Positions 52,106-60,348 of a DNA stretch of 60,348 bases are shown here, one piece after another. The position numbers and the translations under genes were made by a program. The notes under the pieces are model-generated. The model was not told where the DNA came from. It saw only the letters and a program-made list of their open reading frames with translations, and did no database searches. The stretch's first letter is position 1, and each line of letters opens with the position of its first letter. The stretch is taken from the NCBI GenBank assembly GCA_020052235.1, contig JAGVPM010000119.1, positions 1-60,348 of the forward strand, read 5' to 3'. This DNA comes from Candidatus Goldiibacteriota bacterium (lineage in GTDB: Bacteria > Oederibacteriota > JAAXVQ01).

Positions 52106-53119
52106 TTATTTTTTCCCGCGAATCAAAATCTCCGCGATTTGCACGGCATTGGTCGCCGCACCCTTGCGCAGCTGATCGCCGACTGCCCACAGGGCCAATC
52201 CATGAGGGTGCGAAACATCCTCGCGGATTCGTCCCACGTACACATCGTCTTGCCCCGAAGTGAATAATGGCATGGGATATTGTTTCTGCGCCGGATCGTC
52301 CAACACTTTTACCCCAGGGGCTTTGGCCAACAATTCGCGCGCCTGGGCCGGGGTCAATTTTTTCTCAGTCTCGATATGAATCGCTTCCGAGTGGCTGGTG
52401 AACACCGGTACGCGCACGGTGGTAGCCGAAACCATGATGTTGGGATCATGAAACATCTTGCGGGTCTCATTCACCATTTTCATTTCTTCCTTAGTGTAAC
52501 CGTTGTCCAAAAACACGTCAATTTGCGGCAGCACATTGAACGCGATCTGATAGGGATACACCTCATGGGTAATCTCCTCGCCTGCAACCCATTGCCGGGT
52601 TTGCTGTTCCAGTTCGGCAATGGCCTTGGCGCCGGTTCCGGAAACCGCCTGGTAAGTGGAGACCACAATGCGTTTGATTTTGGCCGCATCATGCAGGGGT
52701 TTCAACGGCACCAGCATAATAATGGTCGAGCAATTCGGATTGGCGATCACGCCCCGGTGAGTGAAAATATCCTCAGGATTCACCTCGGGCACCACCAACG
52801 GAACATCCGCGTCCATGCGGAACGCGCTGGTGTTGTCAATCATCACGGCACCCGACGCTTTCACGTCCTGCACAAACTGTTTCGAAACCGACGCGCCGGC
52901 CGAGGCCAGCACAATGTCCAAGCCCTTGAATGAATCAGCTTTCATTTCTTGCACCGGAATGGCTTCGCCCTGATAGGTCACGGTCTTGCCAATGGACCGC
53001 GCCGAAGCCAGGGGACGCAATTCCGAAATGGGAAATTTACGTTCTTGCAAAATGTCCAACATCACTGAGCCGACCGCGCCGGTCGCGCCCATGATTCCAA
53101 CCCGATACTGCTTGCTCAT
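52106..53119 (-). CDS. asd: Aspartate-semialdehyde dehydrogenase
   Basis: VGIMGATGAVG, NPNCSTI (active-site Cys) and a C-terminal GAA.NAVQIAE. ATG at 53117-53119. The track extension to 53203 runs through a repeat element and is rejected. Confidence 0.95.
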   Translation of the reverse strand: MSKQYRVGIMGATGAVGSVMLDILQERKFPISELRPLASARSIGKTVTYQGEAIPVQEMKADSFKGLDIVLASAGASVSKQFVQDVKASGAVMIDNTSAFRMDADVPLVVPEVNPEDIFTHRGVIANPNCSTIIMLVPLKPLHDAAKIKRIVVSTYQAVSGTGAKAIAELEQQTRQWVAGEEITHEVYPYQIAFNVLPQIDVFLDNGYTKEEMKMVNETRKMFHDPNIMVSATTVRVPVFTSHSEAIHIETEKKLTPAQARELLAKAPGVKVLDDPAQKQYPMPLFTSGQDDVYVGRIREDVSHPHGLALWAVGDQLRKGAATNAVQIAEILIRGKK

Positions 53120-53161
53120 GACAAACACCTCTTCCTGTAAATATAAAATCATACAGATATC

Positions 53162-53254
53162 CACCGCAGAGACGCAGAGTTCGCAGAAAAAACATTTTAG
53201 CAAACAACTTTCATTTCAGGAATATTTCTCTGCGTTCTCAGCGTCTCTGCGGTG
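53162..53254. repeat. CCGCAGAG-type inverted-repeat element (long-loop copy) between leuB and asd
   Basis: caccgcagagacgcagagttcgcagaaa ... tttctctgcgttctcagcgtctctgcggtg, followed by aaaa. The arm sequences match the 14444-14499 copy, but the loop is about 37 nt instead of 11 nt. Confidence 0.65.
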
Positions 53255-53289
53255 AAAACATTACTTAAAAATAATGCTTATGCAATTAA

Positions 53290-54351
53290 TTAAATCAACC
53301 CGGCAATATAATCGCCCATCTCTTCTGTGTTGAAACCCATGCGCCCTGCGGCCATGGATTTGATTTTACCGGATTTCAGCGCCGTGACCACCGCATTTTC
53401 AATGGCATCCGCGGCTTTGGCCTCGCCCAAGTGCGCCAACATCATGCCTGCGGCATTGATGGCGGCCAAGGGGTTAATTTTCTTAGTGCCCGTGTATTTC
53501 GGGGCGGACCCTCCGATTGGTTCGAACATTGAAAGACCATCGGGATTGATATTGCCCCCGGCGGCAATACCCATGCCGCCCTGAATCATGGCGCCCAAGT
53601 CCGTGATGATATCGCCGAATAAATTTTCCGTAACCACGGTTTCAAACCATTCGGGATTTTTCACCATCCACATGGTGGTCGCGTCCACGTGCGCATAATC
53701 ACGCTCCACTTGCGGAAATTCCTTTTCGCCCATCTCGTGAAAAGCGCGGAACCACAAATCGCCGGTCACGGTCAACACGTTCATCTTGTGCACTAACGTC
53801 AACTTTTTCTTTTCGCGCAACAATGCGCGTTTGAAGGCATAACGCAAGCAACGGTCCACTTCAGGCCGCGAGTACGTCATGACTTGCGTTGCCAGTTCCA
53901 GCGGCGTGCCCTTGTGCGCCACGCCGCCAATGCCCGTATAGATGCCGCCGCAGTTCTCGCGGATAATTTCAAAATTAATATGTTCCGGGCCCTTGTCCTT
54001 CAACGGTGTTTCGACATTGGGATACAGCTTCACCGGACGCAGGTTGATGTATTGGTCAAAATGAAACCGCAGCTTCAACAAAATTCCGTTTTCCAAAATA
54101 CCCGGCTTGACGTCCGGATGCCCGATGGCCCCAAGATAAATTGCGTCCGCTTTTCCCAACTCGGCCAGAACCGAATCCGGCACCAATTCTCCGGTGCGCA
54201 GATAACGCGCCCCGCCCAAGTCATAATGCGCATAATCAAACTTGAGATCGTACTTTGCAGACACAGCCTTCATGACTTTCAACCCTTCGGCAATCACTTC
54301 CGGTCCGGTGCCGTCTCCGGGAAGCACGGCAATTTTAAATGTTTTGCTCAT
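53290..54351 (-). CDS. leuB: 3-isopropylmalate dehydrogenase
   Basis: [22 protein letters not shown] and GSAPKY motifs. Confidence 0.95.
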   Translation of the reverse strand: MSKTFKIAVLPGDGTGPEVIAEGLKVMKAVSAKYDLKFDYAHYDLGGARYLRTGELVPDSVLAELGKADAIYLGAIGHPDVKPGILENGILLKLRFHFDQYINLRPVKLYPNVETPLKDKGPEHINFEIIRENCGGIYTGIGGVAHKGTPLELATQVMTYSRPEVDRCLRYAFKRALLREKKKLTLVHKMNVLTVTGDLWFRAFHEMGEKEFPQVERDYAHVDATTMWMVKNPEWFETVVTENLFGDIITDLGAMIQGGMGIAAGGNINPDGLSMFEPIGGSAPKYTGTKKINPLAAINAAGMMLAHLGEAKAADAIENAVVTALKSGKIKSMAAGRMGFNTEEMGDYIAGLI

Positions 54352-54374
54352 GAATAATCTCCTTTATGATATCT

Positions 54375-54400
54375 GTAAGGCGACCGCCGGTCGCCCCTAC
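54375..54400. repeat. GTA(G)..CTAC hairpin-family element (different stem) overlapping the leuD stop codon
   Basis: gtaaggcgacc-gcc-ggtcgcccctac. The leuD TAG (54397-54399) lies in the CTAC end. Confidence 0.5.
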
Positions 54401-54888
54401 ATCAGTTTTTTCTTCACATACTCCATCAATCCGCCCGCAGCTACCAATTCCTGCATAAACGGCGGTATGGGAGCCGCCTGGTAAGTTTTTCCCTGCGTTT
54501 GGTTTACAATCACTCCGGTGCCCGCGTCAATGGCGAAAACATCGCCGGTCTTGGACTCAATCACAGCTTGCGGGCACTCTAAAATCGGCAATCCGATGTT
54601 AAACGCATTGCGGTAAAAAATCCGCGCAAAACTCTCGGCCACCACGCAGGACACACCCGCGGTCTTGATGGCCAGCGGCGCATGTTCGCGCGATGAACCG
54701 CAGCCGAAATTCTTGCCCGCCACAATGATGTCTCCGGGCTTGACTTTGGACGGAAACGTCGGATCAGCGTCTTCCATGACGTGCGCAGCCAAAGCTTTGG
54801 CATCGCTGGTGTTCAAATACCGCGCCGGAATGATTTCATCCGTATTGACATCGTCACGAAATTTATAAATGCTCCCTTGGAAGTTCAT
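54397..54888 (-). CDS. leuD: 3-isopropylmalate dehydratase small subunit
   Basis: VNTDEIIPARYL and GKNFGCGSSREHA. ATG at 54886-54888 overlaps the leuC TGA (ATGA). Confidence 0.92.
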   Translation of the reverse strand: MNFQGSIYKFRDDVNTDEIIPARYLNTSDAKALAAHVMEDADPTFPSKVKPGDIIVAGKNFGCGSSREHAPLAIKTAGVSCVVAESFARIFYRNAFNIGLPILECPQAVIESKTGDVFAIDAGTGVIVNQTQGKTYQAAPIPPFMQELVAAGGLMEYVKKKLM

Positions 54889-56183
54889 TTTTTTACCCCC
54901 CGCTGCCAACCGGCGCCCCGGACTTCTTGGGGATTCGCCAAGCGGCCTTTAATGGCTGACGCCATGGCCACGATTGGCGACGCCAAGTACACTTCGCTTT
55001 CAGTGGAGCCCATGCGTCCCACGAAATTACGATTGGTGGTGGCCACAGCGCGTTCGCCCTTGGCCAAGATGCCCATATGCCCGCCCAAACACGGGCCGCA
55101 AGTCGGCGGCGAGACAATGCACCCGCCGGCCGTGAAAATATCGAACAAGCCTTCCTTCATGGCCTGCCGCCAAATCAGCGGTGTGGCCGGAATGATGATG
55201 GTGCGCACGCGCGGGCTGACGCGCTTGCCTTTCAGCAACTTGGCCGCTTCGCGCAAATCTTCAATGCGCCCATTGGTGCAAGAACCAATGATGGCTTGAT
55301 CCAGCACAATGTTCTTGCACTTGGAAACCGGCGCGACATTGGACGGCAAATGCGGTTTGGCCACCACAGGCTCGGCTTTGGAAACATCGAACACTTCCGT
55401 GCGTTCATAGAGTGCATCTTTGTCCGATGTATAATAACGCGGCTTGCGCTGCGCGCGGCCTTCGGCGAATTTTTTCGTAATGCCATCCGGGGCGATCAAG
55501 CCCGCCTTGGCGCCGGCTTCAATGGCCATGTTGCTCATGGTCATGCGCCCTTCCATGGAAAGCGCCGAGATCACCGGGCCGGTAAATTCCAAAGCGCGGT
55601 AATTGGCGCCGTCCACGCCCAAACGACCGATGGCCAGTAAAATCAAGTCCTTGGCCGTGACATCTTTTGGCAATTTGCCGACAAACTCCAGTTTGATGGT
55701 ATGCGGCACTTTGAACCACGCTTGGCCGGTCAGCATGGCCGCGGCCAAGTCCGTCGAACCCACACCCGTGGCAAACGCACCCAAGGCACCGTACGTGCAC
55801 GTGTGTGAATCCGCGCCAATGACCAAGTCACCCGGCACCACCACACCCTGCTCGGGCAACAGCGCATGCTCCACGCCGCATTCGCCTTGATCCCAATAAT
55901 ACAACAACTTCTGCTCTTTCGCAAATTCACGCAAAATTTTAGCCTGCTCCGCGGACTGAACATCCTTGTTCGGCGTGAAATGGTCGGGAATCAGCGCCAC
56001 GCGCTTGCGGTCAAATACCGTCTTCCCTCCATTGGCATAAAACGCCTGGATCGCCAGCGGCGCGGTAATGTCATTGCCAAAACACAAATCCAGCTTGGCC
56101 ATGACCAAATCCCCGGGCGCAACAAAAGCCTTGCCCGCAGCCCGGGCCAAAATCTTTTCCCCTATTGTCATCGGTCTGGTCAT
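54885..56183 (-). CDS. leuC: 3-isopropylmalate dehydratase large subunit
   Basis: MTIGEKIL, GADSHTCTYGA and CGPCLG aconitase-family motifs. The likely start is the internal MTRPMT at 56183, since the track extension contains a REP hairpin. Confidence 0.92.
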   Translation of the reverse strand: MTRPMTIGEKILARAAGKAFVAPGDLVMAKLDLCFGNDITAPLAIQAFYANGGKTVFDRKRVALIPDHFTPNKDVQSAEQAKILREFAKEQKLLYYWDQGECGVEHALLPEQGVVVPGDLVIGADSHTCTYGALGAFATGVGSTDLAAAMLTGQAWFKVPHTIKLEFVGKLPKDVTAKDLILLAIGRLGVDGANYRALEFTGPVISALSMEGRMTMSNMAIEAGAKAGLIAPDGITKKFAEGRAQRKPRYYTSDKDALYERTEVFDVSKAEPVVAKPHLPSNVAPVSKCKNIVLDQAIIGSCTNGRIEDLREAAKLLKGKRVSPRVRTIIIPATPLIWRQAMKEGLFDIFTAGGCIVSPPTCGPCLGGHMGILAKGERAVATTNRNFVGRMGSTESEVYLASPIVAMASAIKGRLANPQEVRGAGWQRGVKK

Positions 56184-56201
56184 AACAATACCCCTTTCTA
56201 T

Positions 56202-56230
56202 GCAGGGAGCGGTTTCAAACCGTTCCCTAC
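56202..56230. repeat. GTAG..CTAC hairpin-family element between leuA and leuC
   Basis: gcagggagcggttt-c-aaaccgttccctac, with a stem nearly identical to 32759-32787. Confidence 0.7.
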
Positions 56231-56263
56231 TTTCTCCCCAACAAACGTTTCGGCGGTGCAAGA

Positions 56264-57820
56264 TTATTTTTTGGTTTTCTTGGGAACTGCCGGTTTGTGC
56301 CGACGCTGACGTTCCAAGGCGGCCAGGCGGTTCAGCGCATTGACATACGCCTTGGCGGATGCCAATACGATATCCGTATGCGCCCCGCGTCCCGTGAGGG
56401 TGCGTCCGCCTGAAACCAATTGCACCGTAACTTCGCCCTGCGCATCGGTGCCGCCGGTAATGGCTTTGCTGGCATAGCCCGTCAACTTGGGCTGTCGTCC
56501 CACCAAAGCGTCGATGGTTTTATACACCGCATCCACGGGTCCATCGCCGGTGCCCGAGCCTTGTACGAGCTTGCCGTCCACGCTCAAACGCACAGCCGCC
56601 GTGGGCACCATGCCTGATCCGGACGTGGCTTGCACATGGTCCAAGGCATACACTTCGCGGGGAGCGCCGGTGCGTTCTTCCATCAGCACCTGCAAATCCT
56701 CGTCGAACACTTCTTTTTTCTTATCCGCCAAATCCTTAAACCGTTCAAACACTTTCGGCAAATCCGCATCCGCCACGTCATACCCCAGCTCGTGCAACCG
56801 CCGCTTCAGTGCGTGCCGCCCCGAGTGTTTGCCCAGGACCAGCTGATTTTCCTGCAGGCCGATATCCTTGGCATCCATGATCTCGTAGGTCAGGCGCTGT
56901 TTCAAAATCCCGTCCTGATGAATGCCCGCCTCATGCGCAAACGCATTGGCCCCGACAATGGCCTTGTTGCGCTGCACGGCAATGCCCGTAGCTGCGGCCA
57001 CCAGGCGCGACGCGCGGGTGAGCTCACGCGTTTGAATATTTGTGGCCACGCCGAAGTAGGCGCGGCGCGTTTTCAGGGCCATCACCACTTCTTCCAGGGC
57101 CGCATTGCCTGCGCGCTCCCCCAAACCATTGATAGTGCATTCCACCTGGCGGGCGCCGGCGCGGATGGCCGCCAGCGAGTTGGCAGTGGCCAAACCCAAA
57201 TCATTGTGGCAATGCACCGAGAGTACGGCCTTGGTTCCCAAGGCCGGAACCTTCGCCTGGAGGTCTTTCAATAAACGCTCAAACTCATCGGGCGTAATAT
57301 ATCCCACGGTATCGGCAATGTTGATGGTGCGCGCGCCGGACTCAATCACGGCGTGGACCACCTTGGCTAGAAAATTCACATCACTGCGCGTGGCATCCTC
57401 GGCGGAGAACTCAATGTCCTTGCACAACGAGCGGGCATACTTGGTCATCTCGGCGGCGATTTTCAAAACTTCGGCCGGACTTTTTTTTAATTTATACTGC
57501 ATGTGCAGGGGCGAGGTGGATAAAAACACGTGAATGCGCGGAAACTGGGCCGGCTTCACGGCTTTCCAGGCAGCGTCAATATCCGCCGGAGAGCAACGCG
57601 CCAAGCCCGCGATCACGGGACGGCGCACAGCTTTGGCCACGGCTTGTACGGCCTCAAAATCACCGGGTGAAGAGATGGGAAACCCGGCTTCCAAAATATC
57701 CACGCCCAAAGCCTGCAAGGCGCGGGCCACCTCAACTTTTTGTTTAACATCCAGGCTGGCCCCCGGAGACTGTTCGCCGTCCCGCAGGGTGGTATCAAAT
57801 ACTTTTACCATGGCCGGCAT
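56264..57820 (-). CDS. leuA: 2-isopropylmalate synthase
   Basis: FDTTLRDGEQSPG, HCHNDLGLATAN and a C-terminal LeuA dimerisation/regulatory domain. Confidence 0.95.
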   Translation of the reverse strand: MPAMVKVFDTTLRDGEQSPGASLDVKQKVEVARALQALGVDILEAGFPISSPGDFEAVQAVAKAVRRPVIAGLARCSPADIDAAWKAVKPAQFPRIHVFLSTSPLHMQYKLKKSPAEVLKIAAEMTKYARSLCKDIEFSAEDATRSDVNFLAKVVHAVIESGARTINIADTVGYITPDEFERLLKDLQAKVPALGTKAVLSVHCHNDLGLATANSLAAIRAGARQVECTINGLGERAGNAALEEVVMALKTRRAYFGVATNIQTRELTRASRLVAAATGIAVQRNKAIVGANAFAHEAGIHQDGILKQRLTYEIMDAKDIGLQENQLVLGKHSGRHALKRRLHELGYDVADADLPKVFERFKDLADKKKEVFDEDLQVLMEERTGAPREVYALDHVQATSGSGMVPTAAVRLSVDGKLVQGSGTGDGPVDAVYKTIDALVGRQPKLTGYASKAITGGTDAQGEVTVQLVSGGRTLTGRGAHTDIVLASAKAYVNALNRLAALERQRRHKPAVPKKTKK

Positions 57821-57823
57821 TTC

Positions 57824-58600
57824 CTACCTCCTTTCCCTGGCGCTCAAGGGTGCCAGAATAATATACACTGCGCCGCTTAATAAGAGCGCGTAAATGGCCG
57901 GAAGCTGCACGGGGACTCCGTAAAAAATGGCACCTACTGCCAAAACCAACAACGATAAAATCCAGGGACTTTTTGCGGGATTGGGGTAACGGATGGTGCT
58001 CACGGTTAAAAACGACAAACCAATAACCGCCATTAAAAGGCCGAGGCGAAATACAGGTGATAAACTGCCGGTATCAAACAATTGGGCCAACAACGCAATA
58101 AATACCGCCGTAAGGGTACAGGGAATGCCGATAAACCCGACCCAGCCTTGCACGGGATTATTGTGGTTGTATATTTTGTACAAAGAAAGCCGCAATACAC
58201 CCGCGAAAATAATCACGAACAAACCGCCCAACCCCAACACGCCCCAATGCTCAAACGCCAGCCGGAACATTAAAAATCCCGGCACAACCGAAAACGTCAA
58301 TAAATCGGTAAACGCCGCAAATTCATCGGCACGGCTCATGGGCTCTTGCGCCGGGAGCATAACATTATACTCCAGGCCTGCAAACAGCATGGCCACGAGC
58401 AGCGCGCGTCCGGCCAAACGCAGTTCCCCTTTAATGACCAGCATTAAAGCGGCAAAGCCCAGCACAAAGACCATGCCGCAGGCGACATAAAACCAAAACC
58501 CGCGGTTGGCCGTGCGCTGGGCCGGAACCTCGTTGACAACGGGCGGTCTCACCGAGGCCGCCCGTCCCGTTTTACGCTTCTTTACTTCTTTGTGATCCAA
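57824..58600 (-). CDS. CDP-alcohol-phosphatidyltransferase-like membrane protein (PssA position) with a degenerate first half of the signature
   Basis: [19 protein letters not shown] matches the G..(E)LDS.AD.vtFgvaP half. The upstream DGxxAR is replaced by [10 protein letters not shown]. Multi-pass membrane protein. Confidence 0.55.
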   Translation of the reverse strand: MDHKEVKKRKTGRAASVRPPVVNEVPAQRTANRGFWFYVACGMVFVLGFAALMLVIKGELRLAGRALLVAMLFAGLEYNVMLPAQEPMSRADEFAAFTDLLTFSVVPGFLMFRLAFEHWGVLGLGGLFVIIFAGVLRLSLYKIYNHNNPVQGWVGFIGIPCTLTAVFIALLAQLFDTGSLSPVFRLGLLMAVIGLSFLTVSTIRYPNPAKSPWILSLLVLAVGAIFYGVPVQLPAIYALLLSGAVYIILAPLSARERR

Positions 58601-59577
58601 CCCATCATGCTCCGCAATTTTTTGCCGACGATTTCAATCGGATGTTCCGCTTCACGCTTCAAAATGGCGTTGTACATCGGACGCCCGGCCTGATTTTCCA
58701 AGATCCACTCGCGGGCGAATTCGCCGCTCTGAATCTCAGCCAAAATTTTCTTCATTTCTTTACGGGTCTCGGCGGTGACAATGCGTTTGCCCCGGGTAAT
58801 GTCGCCGTACTTGGCGGTTTCCGAGATGCTGTAGCGCATGCCGGAAATGCCGTCTTCGTACATCAAATCGACAATCAATTTCAATTCATGCAGGCACTCA
58901 TAGTAAGCGTTCTCCGGCTGATATCCGGCTTCCACCAGCGTGTCAAACCCGGCGCGCACCAATTCGCTAACGCCGCCGCACAACACGGCCTGTTCGCCGA
59001 ACAAGTCGGTTTCGGTCTCATCGCGGAACGTGGTTTCCATCACGCCGCCGCGGGTGCACCCCACGCCCTTGGCATACGCCAAGGCGATTTCCATGGCATG
59101 GCCGGTAGCGTCCTGATACACTGCCACCAAGCCAGGAACACCGGCGTTCTCGGTGAACACGCGGCGCACCATGTGGCCCGGACCCTTCGGCGCGGTCATG
59201 AACACATCCACAAACGTCGGCGGAACAATCTGGCTGTAATGAATGTTGAAGCCGTGGGCAAAACCCAGCGCCATGCCCTTCTTCAGGTTCGGCTCTACCG
59301 CCTCACGGTAAACTTTCGGCTGCAATGGATCCGGCACCAACATCATAATCACGTCGGCTTCCTTGCACGCCGCTTCCGCACTCATGACTTTCAAGCCGCT
59401 TTTTTGGGCAACCAGCCAGGATTTCGAGTCTTTCAACTCGCCTACCACCACATTAAGCTTGGAATCTTTCAGGTTTAAAGCATGCGCATGCCCCTGGCTG
59501 CCGTAGCCCAAAATGGCGATGGTTTTGCCTTTTAAAATTTTCAAATCCGCATCTTTCTCAAAATACATTTTCGCCAT
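58582..59577 (-). CDS. ilvC: Ketol-acid reductoisomerase
   Basis: [19 protein letters not shown] and LCGG motifs. Confidence 0.95.
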   Translation of the reverse strand: MAKMYFEKDADLKILKGKTIAILGYGSQGHAHALNLKDSKLNVVVGELKDSKSWLVAQKSGLKVMSAEAACKEADVIMMLVPDPLQPKVYREAVEPNLKKGMALGFAHGFNIHYSQIVPPTFVDVFMTAPKGPGHMVRRVFTENAGVPGLVAVYQDATGHAMEIALAYAKGVGCTRGGVMETTFRDETETDLFGEQAVLCGGVSELVRAGFDTLVEAGYQPENAYYECLHELKLIVDLMYEDGISGMRYSISETAKYGDITRGKRIVTAETRKEMKKILAEIQSGEFAREWILENQAGRPMYNAILKREAEHPIEIVGKKLRSMMGWITKK

Positions 59578-59628
59578 GCCGGTATTCCCCCTCCGCTGGA
59601 TTATATGTTTGTAGCACCCAATACCCGT

Positions 59629-60117
59629 CTATTTCTTGCGCTTGCCTTCCCGGATCATGGCCACGGGACCCGTGCGCACCAGTTCCTTGATGCCGAACGT
59701 CCGCATCAAATCAATGAAGGCATCCACTTTTTCCGCGCTCCCGGTGATTTCCAGGATGAATGATTTTTCCGAAACATCCACGATCTTGGCCCGGAAAATT
59801 TCGGCCAACTGGGTTATTTCCGCGCGCTGGCCGGATTCGGCCTGGACCTTGATAAGCACCAATTCGTGTTCCACATGCGCTTCACCGGTAATATCGAGCA
59901 CCTTGATGGTGTCCACCAATTTGTTCAGCTGCTTGCTCACCTGTTCCAAAATGCCGTCATCCCCCGCCACCACAATGGTCATGCGGGATACGGTCGCATC
60001 CTCGGTCTCGCCCACGGTCAAACTCGTGATGTTAAACCCCCGGCCGGAAAAAAGCCCGGCCACCCGGGCCAAGACGCCCGGTTTATTTTCCACCAACACG
60101 GATAAAGTGTGCCGCAT
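59629..60117 (-). CDS. ilvN: Acetolactate synthase small (regulatory) subunit
   Basis: HTLSVLVENKPGVLARVAGLFSGRGFNI ACT domain; 162 aa. Confidence 0.93.
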   Translation of the reverse strand: MRHTLSVLVENKPGVLARVAGLFSGRGFNITSLTVGETEDATVSRMTIVVAGDDGILEQVSKQLNKLVDTIKVLDITGEAHVEHELVLIKVQAESGQRAEITQLAEIFRAKIVDVSEKSFILEITGSAEKVDAFIDLMRTFGIKELVRTGPVAMIREGKRKK

Positions 60118-60205
60118 ATTTTCACCTTATGATATTTCGTATTTAGTTTTTGTTGCGGAAAAACTCTTTTAGATTTTTTATAAATTCCCCTCCCCAGGAT
60201 TTGGT

Positions 60206-60228
60206 GGGAGGGGATGCAGGGGAGGGGG
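60206..60228 (+). other. G-quadruplex-type motif (GGG-GGGG-GGGG-GGGGG) with complementary C-tracts on both sides
   Basis: gggaggggatgcaggggaggggg. The flanking ttcccctcccc (60185-60195) and tcccctcacc (60253-60262) could alternatively pair with it. Confidence 0.5.
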
Positions 60229-60306
60229 TAAAAGCTTTGTATTTAAAAACTCGTCCCCTCACCTTCATCCTCTCCCACAGAGACTGTGTCGTAACGGTGA
60301 AATACA

Positions 60307-60341
60307 AGATTGCTTCGTCGCTATCGCTCCTCGCAATGACG
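60307..60341. repeat. REP-like repeat of the AGATTGCTTCG..CTCGCAATGAC family
   Basis: agattgcttcgtcgctatcgctcctcgcaatgacg; compare 39-65. Confidence 0.5.
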
Positions 60342-60348
60342 TGTTTAA

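Noticed and set aside
53120-53203. N-terminal extension of asd, and likewise 56184-56261 for leuC.
   Set aside because: The extensions are translations of repeat hairpin elements (CCGCAGAG element, GTAG..CTAC element). The canonical N-termini start at the internal Met.

Overview
60.3-kb bacterial window, about 50-55% G+C by eye and mostly minus-strand. The gene content suggests an uncultured anaerobe: rubrerythrin, a flavodiiron protein, sigma-54 regulation and many c-di-GMP parts. Housekeeping blocks are recognisable: ilvN-ilvC-(pssA-like)-leuA-leuC-leuD-leuB-asd-truA; metX-metW behind a SAM-I riboswitch; rbr / NAD(P)H oxidoreductase / flavodiiron protein; and cspA, hsp20, tRNA-Gly and tRNA-Cys. 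Two features stand out. (1) Two giant paralogous minus-strand ORFs, 1,978 aa (4579-10515) and 5,660 aa (32805-49787), share an N-terminal signal-anchor plus a ~380-aa module, a CPBP-like membrane module and a zincin-like C-terminal tail. The larger one also carries a glycogen-synthase-like GT-B, an amylo-1,6-glucosidase-type debrancher, a GH77-like glucanotransferase, an HD-GYP domain, a P-loop-less cytidylate-kinase fold and a degenerate GGDEF-like segment. Part of this cargo sits in a visibly lower-GC block. A HIT/GalT-type nucleotidyl-sugar enzyme lies upstream, and a TPR/coiled-coil protein plus an ExeA/MshM-like AAA ATPase lie downstream. I consider this the candidate undescribed system. 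(2) The intergenic space is dense with small palindromic elements. These include a long-hairpin element in two copies with compensated arm substitutions, one of them inside a MITE with 22-bp TIRs and an 8-bp target duplication; a GTAG..CTAC hairpin family at gene junctions; CCGCAGAG-type inverted repeats; and two very AT-rich islands sharing a 16-nt palindromic motif. All domain calls come from motif recognition by eye, without database searches, and need HMM or structure confirmation.
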